A stretch of 64,000 bases of DNA from an uncultured Actinomycetota bacterium (GTDB lineage Bacteria > Actinomycetota > Actinomycetes > JAFAQI01), in the NCBI GenBank assembly GCA_963835405.1, contig CAWIFV010000004.1, positions 71,506 to 135,505 on the forward strand, given 5' to 3'. Within the stretch, counting starts at the first letter, position 1. Every line of letters starts with the position of its first letter. Positions 23,118 to 32,225 of this stretch are shown piece by piece. The translations under genes were made by a program, and so were the position numbers. The notes under the pieces are model-generated. The model did not search any database, was not told where the DNA came from, and was given only the letters and a program-made list of their open reading frames with translations.

Positions 23118-24461
23118 GTGCCGGTCGACCTGGCGGGCCGGGAGCAGCGACCCGGGTCCACCCGAACGCTCACCACGGCGTCCGACGGCGGAGTCGTCCG
23201 TCGCACCGTCCTGCCGGGCGGCCTGCGGGTGATCTCCGAGTCGGTGCCGGGCGTGCGCTCGGTGGCCTTCGGCATCTGGGTCGGCGTCGGCTCGCGCGAC
23301 GAGACGCCGTCGCTGTCCGGCGCGTCCCACTACCTCGAGCACCTGCTGTTCAAGGGGACGCGCCGGCGCGACGCGCTGTCGATCGCCGCCGAGCTCGACG
23401 CGGTCGGCGGCGAGCTCAACGCCTTCACCGCCAAGGAGTACACCTGCTACTACGCGCGGGTGCTCGACACCGACCTGCCGATCGCCGTCGACGTCATCAG
23501 CGACATGGTGACCTCGTCGTTGCTCGCGTCCCCGGACGTCGACAGCGAGCGCGGGGTGATCCTCGAAGAGATCGCCATGCACGACGACGACCCGACCGAC
23601 GCCGTGCACGACGCCTTCGCCGAGGCGATCTGGCCCGGCGCCCCGCTGGGCCGGCCGGTGCTGGGGACGGTGGACTCGATCGGCGCACTGTCGCGGCAGT
23701 CGATCGCCGGCTACTACCGGCGCCGCTACCGGCCCGAGACACTCGTCGTCGCTGCGGCCGGCAACGTCGACCACGCCGCGCTCGTGCGACTGGTGCGCAA
23801 GGCGTTCGCCGACGTCCCCGTCGACGACGGCCGGGTGCCCGCCCCACCGCGCATGGGCGGTCGCGGCCCTCGCTTCACCGCCGGCACGAGCGTCGTGCGG
23901 CGGCCGACCGAGCAGGCCAACCTCGTGCTCGGCACCGACGGTATCTCGCGGCTGGACGACCGGCGCTTCACCCTCGGGGTGCTCAACGCCGCGCTGGGCG
24001 GCGGCATGTCGTCGCGGCTGTTCCAGGAGGTGCGCGAGAAGCGGGGGCTGGCCTACTCCGTCTACTCGTTCGCCTCGCACTACGCCGACACCGGAGTCTT
24101 CGGCATCTACGCGGGCTGCCACCCCAAGCGCGCGGTCGACGTGCTGGAGCTCTGCCGCGAGCAGCTGGCCCTCGTGTCGGTCGGCGGGCTGACGCTCGAG
24201 GAGCTCGAGCGCGGCAAGGGGCAGATGCGCGGCGGCCTCGTCCTCGGCCTCGAGGACACCGGCTCGCGCATGTCCCGGCTGGGCAAGGCCGAGCTCGTCT
24301 ACGGCGAGCTGATGACCGTCGAGGAGATCCTCGCGCACATCGAGCGGGTGAGCCTCGACGACGTGCGGGCGGTCGCACACGATGTCCTGCGCGGGCCGGA
24401 GGCGCTCGCCGTGATCGGCCCGTACGACGACGACGCGGCGCTGACACCCGCCGTCGCCTGA
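23118..24461 (+). CDS. M16 (pitrilysin/insulinase) family zinc peptidase
   Basis: Inverted zinc motif [10 protein letters not shown]. Intact 447-aa ORF in the conserved position after pnp. Confidence 0.85.
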   Translation: MPVDLAGREQRPGSTRTLTTASDGGVVRRTVLPGGLRVISESVPGVRSVAFGIWVGVGSRDETPSLSGASHYLEHLLFKGTRRRDALSIAAELDAVGGELNAFTAKEYTCYYARVLDTDLPIAVDVISDMVTSSLLASPDVDSERGVILEEIAMHDDDPTDAVHDAFAEAIWPGAPLGRPVLGTVDSIGALSRQSIAGYYRRRYRPETLVVAAAGNVDHAALVRLVRKAFADVPVDDGRVPAPPRMGGRGPRFTAGTSVVRRPTEQANLVLGTDGISRLDDRRFTLGVLNAALGGGMSSRLFQEVREKRGLAYSVYSFASHYADTGVFGIYAGCHPKRAVDVLELCREQLALVSVGGLTLEELERGKGQMRGGLVLGLEDTGSRMSRLGKAELVYGELMTVEEILAHIERVSLDDVRAVAHDVLRGPEALAVIGPYDDDAALTPAVA

Positions 24462-24494
24462 CCCCGACGCGCACCCCGTTCGTGCCGAGGGACG

Positions 24495-24500
24495 TAGGGT
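24495..24500 (+). promoter_or_regulatory. Putative -10 hexamer TAGGGT for leaderless dapB
   Basis: TAGGGT, then 7 nt, then the GTG at 24508. Confidence 0.4.
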
Positions 24501-24507
24501 CCACGGC

Positions 24508-25248
24508 GTGAGCGGGCGGATACGGGTGGGCGTCCTCGGCGCCAGGGGCCGGATGGGCAGCGAGGTGTGCCGCGCGGTCGAGTCGGCCGACGACGTCGAG
24601 CTGGTCGCCGCCGTCGACGTCGGCGACGACCGCGAGCCGCTGCGCGGGGCCGACGTGGTCGTCGACTTCACCGCCCCGGGCGCGGTCATGGACAACGTCC
24701 GCTGGTGCCTCGAGGCCGGCCTGCACGTGGTCGTCGGCACCACCGGCTTCGACGACGACCGGCTCGTCACCGTCCGGGGCTGGCTGGCCGACCAGCCGGA
24801 CCGCGGGGTTCTCGTCGCCCCCAACTTCGGCATCGCCGCCGTCCTCATGATGCGGTTCGCCGCGGTCGCGGCGCCGTACTTCGACTCGGTCGAGATCGTC
24901 GAGCTGCACCACCCCGACAAGGTCGACGCGCCGAGCGGGACGGCCCGGCGGACCGCCGAGCTGGTCGCGCGGGCCCGCGCGGGACGCGGCTCGCCCGACG
25001 CCACGGAGCAGGAGCTGCCCGGTGCCCGGGGCGCGGCGGTCGACGGCGTGCGGGTGCACGCGGTGCGCCTCAGCGGGCTGGTGGCGCACCAGGAGGTCCT
25101 CCTGGGCGGGCACGGCGAGACCCTCACGATCCGGCACGACTCGTTGTCCCGGGAGTCGTTCATGCCGGGGGTGCTCTCCGGGGTGCGCTGGGTCGTGGAC
25201 CATCCGGGGCTCACGGTCGGTCTGGAAGCGGCCCTCGGGCTGGACTGA
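24508..25248 (+). CDS. dapB: 4-hydroxy-tetrahydrodipicolinate reductase
   Basis: [12 protein letters not shown] and [15 protein letters not shown]. Confidence 0.95.
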   Translation: MSGRIRVGVLGARGRMGSEVCRAVESADDVELVAAVDVGDDREPLRGADVVVDFTAPGAVMDNVRWCLEAGLHVVVGTTGFDDDRLVTVRGWLADQPDRGVLVAPNFGIAAVLMMRFAAVAAPYFDSVEIVELHHPDKVDAPSGTARRTAELVARARAGRGSPDATEQELPGARGAAVDGVRVHAVRLSGLVAHQEVLLGGHGETLTIRHDSLSRESFMPGVLSGVRWVVDHPGLTVGLEAALGLD

Positions 25249-25370
25249 GCCCGGCGGCGACGTCTCAGGGCCACCTCGCGGGCACCCTCCGTCACGATTT
25301 GACGCCCGAAAACCGCCCTAACATCCGAAAGGGGCGAATTCAGGGATACCGTCAGGGGTGTGCAAAGGCG

Positions 25371-25376
25371 TATAAA
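25371..25376 (+). promoter_or_regulatory. Putative -10 hexamer TATAAA for the EAL gene
   Basis: TATAAA, then 7 nt, then the GTG at 25384, in a locally AT-richer 130-bp intergenic region. Confidence 0.35.
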
Positions 25377-25383
25377 GCGGTGA

Positions 25384-26388
25384 GTGAAGGCGGTGTCGAT
25401 GACGGAATCCGCAGGACCGGCCGGGTCCGGCGGGCTCCCGGACGCCTATCCGCAGGAGGAGCTCGGCCGGGCGCTTGACGAAGACCAGCTCGAGCTGCAC
25501 TACCAGCCCATCGTGTCCCTCGCCGACGGCGCGGTGCGGGGCTTCGAGGCCCTCCTGCGCTGGCGGCACCCCGAGGGAGCGTTGCTCTACCCGGACGACT
25601 TCCTCCCCGAGGTCGCCTTCTCCCGCCTGATGCCCGACCTCACCCGCTGGGTGCTGCGCACGGCGTGCCGGGACGCCGCCCACCGGGTCGGCGCGGTGTC
25701 GGTGAACGTCTCGGCGGCGGACATCTGCCGCGACGGCCTGGTGACGGAGGTCGTCGAGACCCTCGAGGAGACCGGCCTCCCGGGCCGTCGGCTCACGATC
25801 GAGCTGACCGAGCACGCGGTCGTGCAGGACGTCGAGGGAGCCGTCTCGGTGCTGTCCCGGCTGCGGGAGCTCGGCGTGGGCGTCGCTCTGGACGACTTCG
25901 GCACCGGCTACTCCTCGCTGTTCTACCTGCGTACCCTGCCGATCACTGAGGTGAAGATCGACCGGATCTTCGTCGACCGGCTCGACGTCGACGACGAGGA
26001 TGCCGCGATCGTGGAGAGCGTGGCCCGCCTCGCCCGCGTGGTCGGCATCAGTGCCGTCGCCGAAGGGGTGGAGCGCGAGAGCCAGGCGGCGGCGCTGGTC
26101 GCGATGGGCTGCCCGGCGGGCCAGGGTTACCTGTGGGGCCAGGCCCGGCCGCTCAACGGGGCGCCGCTGCACGTCCGCCCGGTGACCGGTGCCCCCGCCG
26201 CCGCCGCCCGCCGCGGCCGCCGCCGCTCCGGCGCCGACCCGCAGGCCGTGCTCCGGATCCGGGAGCTGCTCGACCAGGGGGCGTCGCTGCACACCATCGC
26301 CGCCGCGCTCAACCGGGGCGGCATCAGGACGGGCAAGGGGACCCGGTGGACCGCACAGGCGGTCGCCCGGGAGGTCGCCGAGCTCTGA
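25384..26388 (+). CDS. EAL-domain protein (putative c-di-GMP phosphodiesterase) with a C-terminal resolvase-type helix-turn-helix
   Basis: EAL signature residues FEALLRW, NVS, ELTE, DDFGTGYSSL, KIDRIF, EGVE and QGYLWG. The tail reads RIRELLDQGASLHTIAAALNRGGIRTGKGTRWTAQAVAREV. An alternative ATG start is at 25399. Confidence 0.8.
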   Translation: MKAVSMTESAGPAGSGGLPDAYPQEELGRALDEDQLELHYQPIVSLADGAVRGFEALLRWRHPEGALLYPDDFLPEVAFSRLMPDLTRWVLRTACRDAAHRVGAVSVNVSAADICRDGLVTEVVETLEETGLPGRRLTIELTEHAVVQDVEGAVSVLSRLRELGVGVALDDFGTGYSSLFYLRTLPITEVKIDRIFVDRLDVDDEDAAIVESVARLARVVGISAVAEGVERESQAAALVAMGCPAGQGYLWGQARPLNGAPLHVRPVTGAPAAAARRGRRRSGADPQAVLRIRELLDQGASLHTIAAALNRGGIRTGKGTRWTAQAVAREVAEL

Positions 26389-26465
26389 GGGGCCGCCGGT
26401 CCGGCACCGTCACGTTCCGTGACGACGGTCGTTGCACCGGCGAGCCGTCCACCCGGGGAGGAAGC

Positions 26466-28184
26466 ATGCACGTCGTCGGAACCGATCGGATCGCGCTGCT
26501 CGGCGGGCTCGCGGTGCCCGCCGGCACCAGGCACGCCGTCGAGCCCTCCGGTCGGGTCGTCTGCGATCAGCGCGCCGCCTACCGGTTCCCCGCGCTGGCG
26601 TGGGACGAGCCCGCCGCCGATCCCGGCACGTGCCCGGACTGCCATCGGGAGCTCATGGCCGCCGCCGGGCCGACCGTGACCGACGCAACGCCCGCCGCCG
26701 CTGCCGACCGGTTGCGCCGGCCTACCCCGTCGAGCCGGCCCCGTCGTACCTGCTCGATCCTGCCCTCCCGGGACACCTGGGCCGCTGAGATGCGCCGCGC
26801 GCCACTGGTCGCGGCTCTCCTCGGGCTGGCGGCGGCTGTCGCGCCCACGCTGGCGCCGGCCACGGCGGCCGGGGAGCGGCAGTTCAGCCCGCCCCGCACC
26901 GTCGACCCCGTGCACCTCGCCGCCGAGCCGTCGATCGTCGTGGCGCCCGACGGCACCGAGGTCGTCGTCGCGCCCGCCGGCCCCGGGGCGCGCCTCGGTG
27001 GGACCGGGGTCGGTGGCGACCTGCTCTGGCGGTCGACCGACCACGGCCGCTCATGGACCCGCCCCGGCAGCTACGACCTCGCCACCGGCGGGGCGGACAG
27101 CGACATCGCCGTGACGCCCGACGGCACGCTCTACGCCTCCGGCCTCACCTACCCCGCCTGCGCGAGCGTCTCCCGCAGCACCGACGGCGGCCGCACCTGG
27201 CTCGGGCTCCCGATGTCCGGGTGCGCGCGGTTGCCCCTCGCCAACGACCGGCAGTGGACCGCGACGTACGGCGACGACGTCGTCTACACGGTGATCGGCG
27301 ACGTCGCGAGCGGCCACCTCGAGCTGCTCCGCAGCGCGGTCAGCGCACCGGTGGTCGTCGCGTCGCCCCCGGTGCAGCTGTCCGGGAGCACCGACTACCA
27401 GTGGCCGGGCACGGTGGCCGTCGACCAGCGCAACGGCCGGGTCTACGCCGTCTGGAACACCGTCGGCGCCCCCAACGACTGCGACGGCTCGGCCGGGGCG
27501 AGCGACTGCGCGGCGCGTGCGGCCGGCGCGAGCAAGCCCGACCGGATCCTGGTCGCGCGGCTCGGCGACGGGGCGACCCGGGCGCCTCGCCCGGTCGTCG
27601 TCGCCAGCAGGCGGTTCGACACGTTCGACTCCTTCGCGGTGGTGACGGTCGACCGGGCGGGCCGTGTCTACGTCGTCTGGAGCGAGCGTCATCCGCGCGC
27701 CCGCGCCACCCGGTCGATGCTGGCGACCTCCCGAGACGGTGGCGCCACCTGGTCCCGGCCGGTCCGGGTGAACCGGTCGCCCGCCACGACGACGTTCCCC
27801 TGGGTCTCCGCGGGGGACGGCGGCCGGATCGCGGTCAGCTACTACGGCACCGCCGCCCACGCCCGCTCCCCGCAGACGGTCGGTCGGTCCGCGGCGTGGT
27901 CGGTCTTCTCCGCCTACTCCACCGACGGCGGCCGGACGTTCACCGAGTACCGGACCACCGCCGCCATGCACCACGGGCCCATCTGCACGAGCGGCACGGC
28001 CTGCCCGGCGGGCAGCCGGAACCTGCTCGACTTCTTCGAGACGGCGGTCGACCCGGCCGGCTGCCTGGTGACCGCCTACGCCGACGACACGGCCGACCCC
28101 GCGGCGGGCGCCGCGGTCTCCTACGTCCGCCAGACCGCCGGCCCGGGTCTGCGCGCCGACCGGCCGTGTCGGCGGTCCGGGTAG
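26466..28184 (+). CDS. BNR/Asp-box repeat (sialidase-like beta-propeller) protein with an N-terminal 108-codon extension and a TM/signal segment; alternative start 26790
   Basis: Asp-boxes [24 protein letters not shown] and STDGGRTF. The hydrophobic [28 protein letters not shown] begins at 26790. The same frame is open and keeps G/C at third positions back to the ATG at 26466, which is preceded by GGGGAGGAAG. Confidence 0.7.
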   Translation: MHVVGTDRIALLGGLAVPAGTRHAVEPSGRVVCDQRAAYRFPALAWDEPAADPGTCPDCHRELMAAAGPTVTDATPAAAADRLRRPTPSSRPRRTCSILPSRDTWAAEMRRAPLVAALLGLAAAVAPTLAPATAAGERQFSPPRTVDPVHLAAEPSIVVAPDGTEVVVAPAGPGARLGGTGVGGDLLWRSTDHGRSWTRPGSYDLATGGADSDIAVTPDGTLYASGLTYPACASVSRSTDGGRTWLGLPMSGCARLPLANDRQWTATYGDDVVYTVIGDVASGHLELLRSAVSAPVVVASPPVQLSGSTDYQWPGTVAVDQRNGRVYAVWNTVGAPNDCDGSAGASDCAARAAGASKPDRILVARLGDGATRAPRPVVVASRRFDTFDSFAVVTVDRAGRVYVVWSERHPRARATRSMLATSRDGGATWSRPVRVNRSPATTTFPWVSAGDGGRIAVSYYGTAAHARSPQTVGRSAAWSVFSAYSTDGGRTFTEYRTTAAMHHGPICTSGTACPAGSRNLLDFFETAVDPAGCLVTAYADDTADPAAGAAVSYVRQTAGPGLRADRPCRRSG

Positions 28185-28199
28185 GCCCGTCCGGGCTCG

Positions 28200-28205
28200 T
28201 ACGAT
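28200..28205 (+). promoter_or_regulatory. Putative -10 hexamer TACGAT for thyA
   Basis: TACGAT, then 7 nt, then the ATG at 28213. This would favour 28213 over 28204 as the start. Confidence 0.3.
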
Positions 28206-29019
28206 GCCAGGCATGGACAGGCCGCTGAACACCGAGTACGAGGACCTGCTCCGCCTGGTCCTGACCCAAGGCACCCCGAAGGCCGACCGCACCGGCACCG
28301 GAACCCGCAGTGTGTTCGCTCACCAGATGCGGTTCGACCTGGGCCGCGGCTTTCCCCTCGTCACGACGAAGAAGGTCCACTTCCGGTCCATCGCCTACGA
28401 GCTCCTGTGGTTCCTCCGCGGCGAGGGCAACGCGCGCTGGCTGCAGGAGCACGGCGTGACGATCTGGGACGAGTGGGCGGGCCCCGACGGCGACCTCGGA
28501 CCCGTCTACGGGGTGCAGTGGCGGTCGTGGCCCACCCCGGACGGCGGGCACATCGACCAGATCTCGCAGGTGCTCGACCTGCTGCGCACGGACCCGAGCT
28601 CGCGTCGCCTCGTCGTGTCGGCGTGGAACGTCGCCGACATCCCGGAGATGGCGCTGGCGCCGTGCCACGCACTGTTCCAGTTCTACGCCGTCGACGGCGT
28701 CCTCTCCTGCCAGCTCTACCAGCGCAGCGCCGACCTCTTCCTCGGCGTGCCGTTCAACATCGCGAGCTACGCACTGCTCACGCACATGGTGGCGCAGCAG
28801 GTCGGAATGCAGGTCGGGGAGTTCGTCTGGACCGGCGGCGACTGCCACATCTACGACAACCACGTCGACCAGGTCACCGAGCAGCTGAGCCGCGAGGTCT
28901 ACGCGTTCCCCACGCTCGAGCTGCGTCCGGCCGCGTCGCTGTTCGACTACGCCTTCGACGACATGCACGTCGTCGGCTACCGCCATCACCCGGCGCTGCG
29001 CGCGCCGGTCGCGGTGTGA
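28204..29019 (+). CDS. thyA: Thymidylate synthase (ThyA)
   Basis: [15 protein letters not shown] and [11 protein letters not shown] (catalytic Cys). An alternative start is at 28213. Confidence 0.95.
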   Translation: MPGMDRPLNTEYEDLLRLVLTQGTPKADRTGTGTRSVFAHQMRFDLGRGFPLVTTKKVHFRSIAYELLWFLRGEGNARWLQEHGVTIWDEWAGPDGDLGPVYGVQWRSWPTPDGGHIDQISQVLDLLRTDPSSRRLVVSAWNVADIPEMALAPCHALFQFYAVDGVLSCQLYQRSADLFLGVPFNIASYALLTHMVAQQVGMQVGEFVWTGGDCHIYDNHVDQVTEQLSREVYAFPTLELRPAASLFDYAFDDMHVVGYRHHPALRAPVAV

Positions 29020-29020
29020 C

Positions 29021-29548
29021 GTGACCGGAGGCAGGTCGACCGTCGGGCTGGTCTGGGCCGAGGCCGCGGACCGCGTCATCGGCCACGCCGGTGGGATCCC
29101 GTGGCGGGTTCCGGAGGAGCAGCAGCACTTCAAACGCCTCACGATGGGCGCGACCGTGGTCATGGGCCGGGCGACGTGGGAGTCGCTGCCCGCCTCCGTG
29201 CGCCCGCTGCCGGGACGCCGCAACGTCGTGGTGACCCGGCAGCCGTCGTACGACGCCCCGGGCGCCGAGACCGCCCCATCGCTGGAGGCGGCCCTCGCGC
29301 TGGCCGAGGGGGACGTGTGGGTCATCGGCGGCGCCGCCCTCTACGAGCAGGCGCTGCCCCACGCCGACCGCGTGGTGCGCACGCGGGTCCACCTGAGTGT
29401 CGACGGCGACGCCCGGGCGCCGTTCCTGGACGCGGAGTGGACCCTCGTCGAGCGCGACCCCGCCACCGGCCTGCACCGGTCGGAGACCGGTGTGGAGTAC
29501 TGCGTCGCGACCCTCGTGCGGCGCCGGGAGGTAGCGTCACAGGCATGA
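29021..29548 (+). CDS. folA: Dihydrofolate reductase
   Basis: VGLVWAEAADRVIGHAGGIPWRVPEEQQHFKRLTMG and VWVIGGAALY. Confidence 0.9.
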   Translation: MTGGRSTVGLVWAEAADRVIGHAGGIPWRVPEEQQHFKRLTMGATVVMGRATWESLPASVRPLPGRRNVVVTRQPSYDAPGAETAPSLEAALALAEGDVWVIGGAALYEQALPHADRVVRTRVHLSVDGDARAPFLDAEWTLVERDPATGLHRSETGVEYCVATLVRRREVASQA

Positions 29549-30441
29549 CAGCAGGGCAGCCGCCGTTCGGCCGGGTGTTGACCGCGATGGTCACCCCGAT
29601 GACCGCGGACGGCCTCCTCGACCTCGACGCCGCCCAGCGGCTGGCGACCCATCTCGTCGACGCCGGGAACGACGGCCTGGTCGTGTCCGGGACGACGGGG
29701 GAGTCACCGACCACGACCGATGACGAGAAGGAGCGGCTCGTCCGCGCCGTGGTGGAGGCGGTCGGTGACCGGGCCCACGTCGTGGCGGGGGCGGGCACGT
29801 ACGACACCGCTCACACCATCGAGCTGTCGCGCCAGGCGGAGAAGGCCGGCGCCACCGGAGTGCTGCTCGTCACGCCGTACTACTCGAAGCCGCCGCAGGC
29901 GGGTCTGCTCGAGCACTTCCGGCGTGCGGCCGACGCCACCTCCCTGCCGGTGATGCTCTACGACATCCCGGCGCGCAGCGGCGTGCCGATCGAGAGCGAG
30001 ACGCTGCTGCGGCTCGCCGAGCACGACCGGATCGTCGCCGTGAAGGACGCCAAGGGTGAGCTCTACAAGACGTCGTGGGTTCTCGCGCGGTCCGACCTCG
30101 CCTACTACTCGGGGGAGGACGCGCTCAACCTGCCGTTGCTGGCGCTGGGTGCCGTCGGCATGGTGAGCGTCGTCGCGCACGCCGGGGCCCGGCGCTACGC
30201 CGACATGGTGCGCGCCGTCGAGACCGGCGACCTCGCCACGGCCCGGCGGCTCAACGACTCGATGCTGCCCGCGGTGCGCGGCATCATGACGCGCACGCAG
30301 GGCGCCATCATGGCGAAGGCGACGGCGCAGCTGCTCGGCGTCATCCCGCACCGGACGATGCGGTCACCGCTGGTCGACGCGACCGACGACCAGGTGCAGA
30401 CGCTCAGGCAGGACCTCGCGGAGGCGGGTCTGCTCTCGTGA
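29545..30441 (+). CDS. dapA: 4-hydroxy-tetrahydrodipicolinate synthase
   Basis: The ATG overlaps the folA stop (ATGA). Motifs VSGTTGESPT, LLVTPYYSKP and VAVKDA are present. Confidence 0.95.
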   Translation: MTAGQPPFGRVLTAMVTPMTADGLLDLDAAQRLATHLVDAGNDGLVVSGTTGESPTTTDDEKERLVRAVVEAVGDRAHVVAGAGTYDTAHTIELSRQAEKAGATGVLLVTPYYSKPPQAGLLEHFRRAADATSLPVMLYDIPARSGVPIESETLLRLAEHDRIVAVKDAKGELYKTSWVLARSDLAYYSGEDALNLPLLALGAVGMVSVVAHAGARRYADMVRAVETGDLATARRLNDSMLPAVRGIMTRTQGAIMAKATAQLLGVIPHRTMRSPLVDATDDQVQTLRQDLAEAGLLS

Positions 30442-30460
30442 CCGCACGGGCCGGTCGTCG

Positions 30461-32150
30461 ATGAGCCACCCGCACCCGGATCTCGGCGACCCTCCGGCAC
30501 TCGCGCGCGGACGGGCTGCGCATCGTCCCGCTCGGCGGGCTGGCCGAGATCGGCCGCAACATGACGGTCTTCGAGCACAGTGGCCGGTTGCTCGTCGTCG
30601 ACTGCGGCGTGCTCTTCCCGGAGACCGAGCAGCCGGGGATCGACCTGATCCTTCCCGACTTCACCTACCTGCGCGACCGGTGGGACGACCTCGACGCGGT
30701 GGTGCTGACGCACGGGCACGAGGACCACATCGGTGCGATGCCCTACCTGCTGCGGGAGAAGCCCGACGTCCCCGTCGTCGGCTCGCGGCTGACGTTGGCG
30801 TTGCTCGAGGGCAAGCTCCAGGAGCACCGGATCAAGCCCTACACCCTGGAGGTGCGCGAGGGTCAGCGCGAGCGGCTCGGTCCGTTCGAGTGCGAGTTCT
30901 TCGCGGTCAACCACTCGATCCCCGACGCGCTCGGCGTCGCGATCCGCACCTCGGCCGGGGTCGTCCTGCACACCGGCGACTTCAAGATGGACCAGCTTCC
31001 CCTCGACGGGCGCATCACCGACCTCGGGGGCTGGGCCCGGCTCGGCAGCGAGGGCGTCGACCTGCTGATGACCGACTCGACGAACGCGGAGGTCCCCGGC
31101 TTCGTCACGTCCGAGCGCGAGATCGGCCCGGTGCTCGACGACGTGTTCCGCAAGGCCCGGCGCCGCATCATCGTGGCGTGCTTCGCCTCCCACGTGCACC
31201 GGGTGCAGCAGGCGCTCGACGCCGCCCACGCGCACGGCCGGCGGGTGGCGTTCATCGGCCGGTCGATGGTCCGCAACATGGGCATCGCCCGCGACCTGGG
31301 TTACCTGACGATCCCGCCCGGCCTCGTCGTCGACCTGGGCGCCCTCGAGGATCTGCCGCCCGAGCAGGTCTGCCTCATCTCCACCGGTTCACAGGGCGAG
31401 CCGATGTCGGCGCTGTCGCGGATGGCCAACCGCGACCACCGTCAGGTCCGCATCGAGTCCGACGACACCGTCGTTCTCGCGTCCTCACTCGTCCCGGGCA
31501 ACGAGACCGCGGTGTGGCGGGTGGTGAACGGGCTCACCCGCTGGGGTGCCAACGTCGTCCACAAGGAGACGGCGCTGGTACACGTCTCCGGCCACGCGCC
31601 GGCCGGTGAGCTGCTCTACGTGCTCAACCTGACCCGTCCGACCAACGTCATGCCGATCCACGGGGAGTGGCGGCACCTGCGGGCGCACGCCGAGCTCGCG
31701 GTCGCCTCCGGCGTGGCGCGTGACAACGTCGTACTCGCCGAGGACGGCGTCGTGGTCGACCTCGTCGACGGGCATGCGCGGGTCGTCGGCGCGGTCCCGG
31801 CCGGCTACGTCTACGTCGACGGCCTCGCCGTCGGTGACGTCGGCGAGGAGTCGCTCAAGGACCGCCGGATCCTCGGCGGCGAGGGCTTCGTCACCGTGGT
31901 CGTCGTCGTCGACTCGGTGACCGGGAAGGTCGCCACCGGCCCGGAGATCCTCGCCCGCGGGTTCTCCGAGGACGCCGCCGCGTTCGACGACGTCCGCCCA
32001 CTCATCGAGGACGCTCTCGCCGGCGCGGCGAAGGAGGGTGTGTCGGAGGTGCACCAGCTGCAGCAGCTCGTCCGCCGGACCGTGGGCAAGTGGGTCAGCG
32101 ACACCTACCGCCGCCGGCCGATGATCATTCCCGTCGTCGTCGAGGTCTGA
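30461..32150 (+). pseudogene. rnj: Ribonuclease J; one frameshift near 30505 (an extra G) close to the 5' end as sequenced
   Basis: ATG at 30461 gives MSHPHPDLGDPPALAR. The body LRIVPLGGLAEIGRNMTVFE ... THGHEDHIGA lies in ORF 30561..32150, one frame away. Confidence 0.9.
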
Positions 32151-32213
32151 CCCTGCGTCGCCTGCCCGGCGCGCCGGGCGGGTGACATGTGGGGCGCATG
32201 TGACTGATGCGGC

Positions 32214-32219
32214 TACCCT
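32214..32219 (+). promoter_or_regulatory. Putative -10 hexamer TACCCT for leaderless ftsK
   Basis: TACCCT, then 6 nt, then the GTG at 32226. Confidence 0.35.
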
Positions 32220-32225
32220 GCCCTC

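Noticed and set aside
20550-25295. A 1581-aa minus-strand ORF opposite pnp, the M16 peptidase and dapB. Similar giant antisense ORFs occur at 15141..17960(-), 18346..20469(-) and 31485..34349(-).
   Set aside because: These are shadow ORFs, typical of very GC-rich DNA where stop codons are rare. Their translations are Arg/Ala/Gly/Pro low-complexity with no motifs, and the opposite strand encodes unmistakable conserved proteins.
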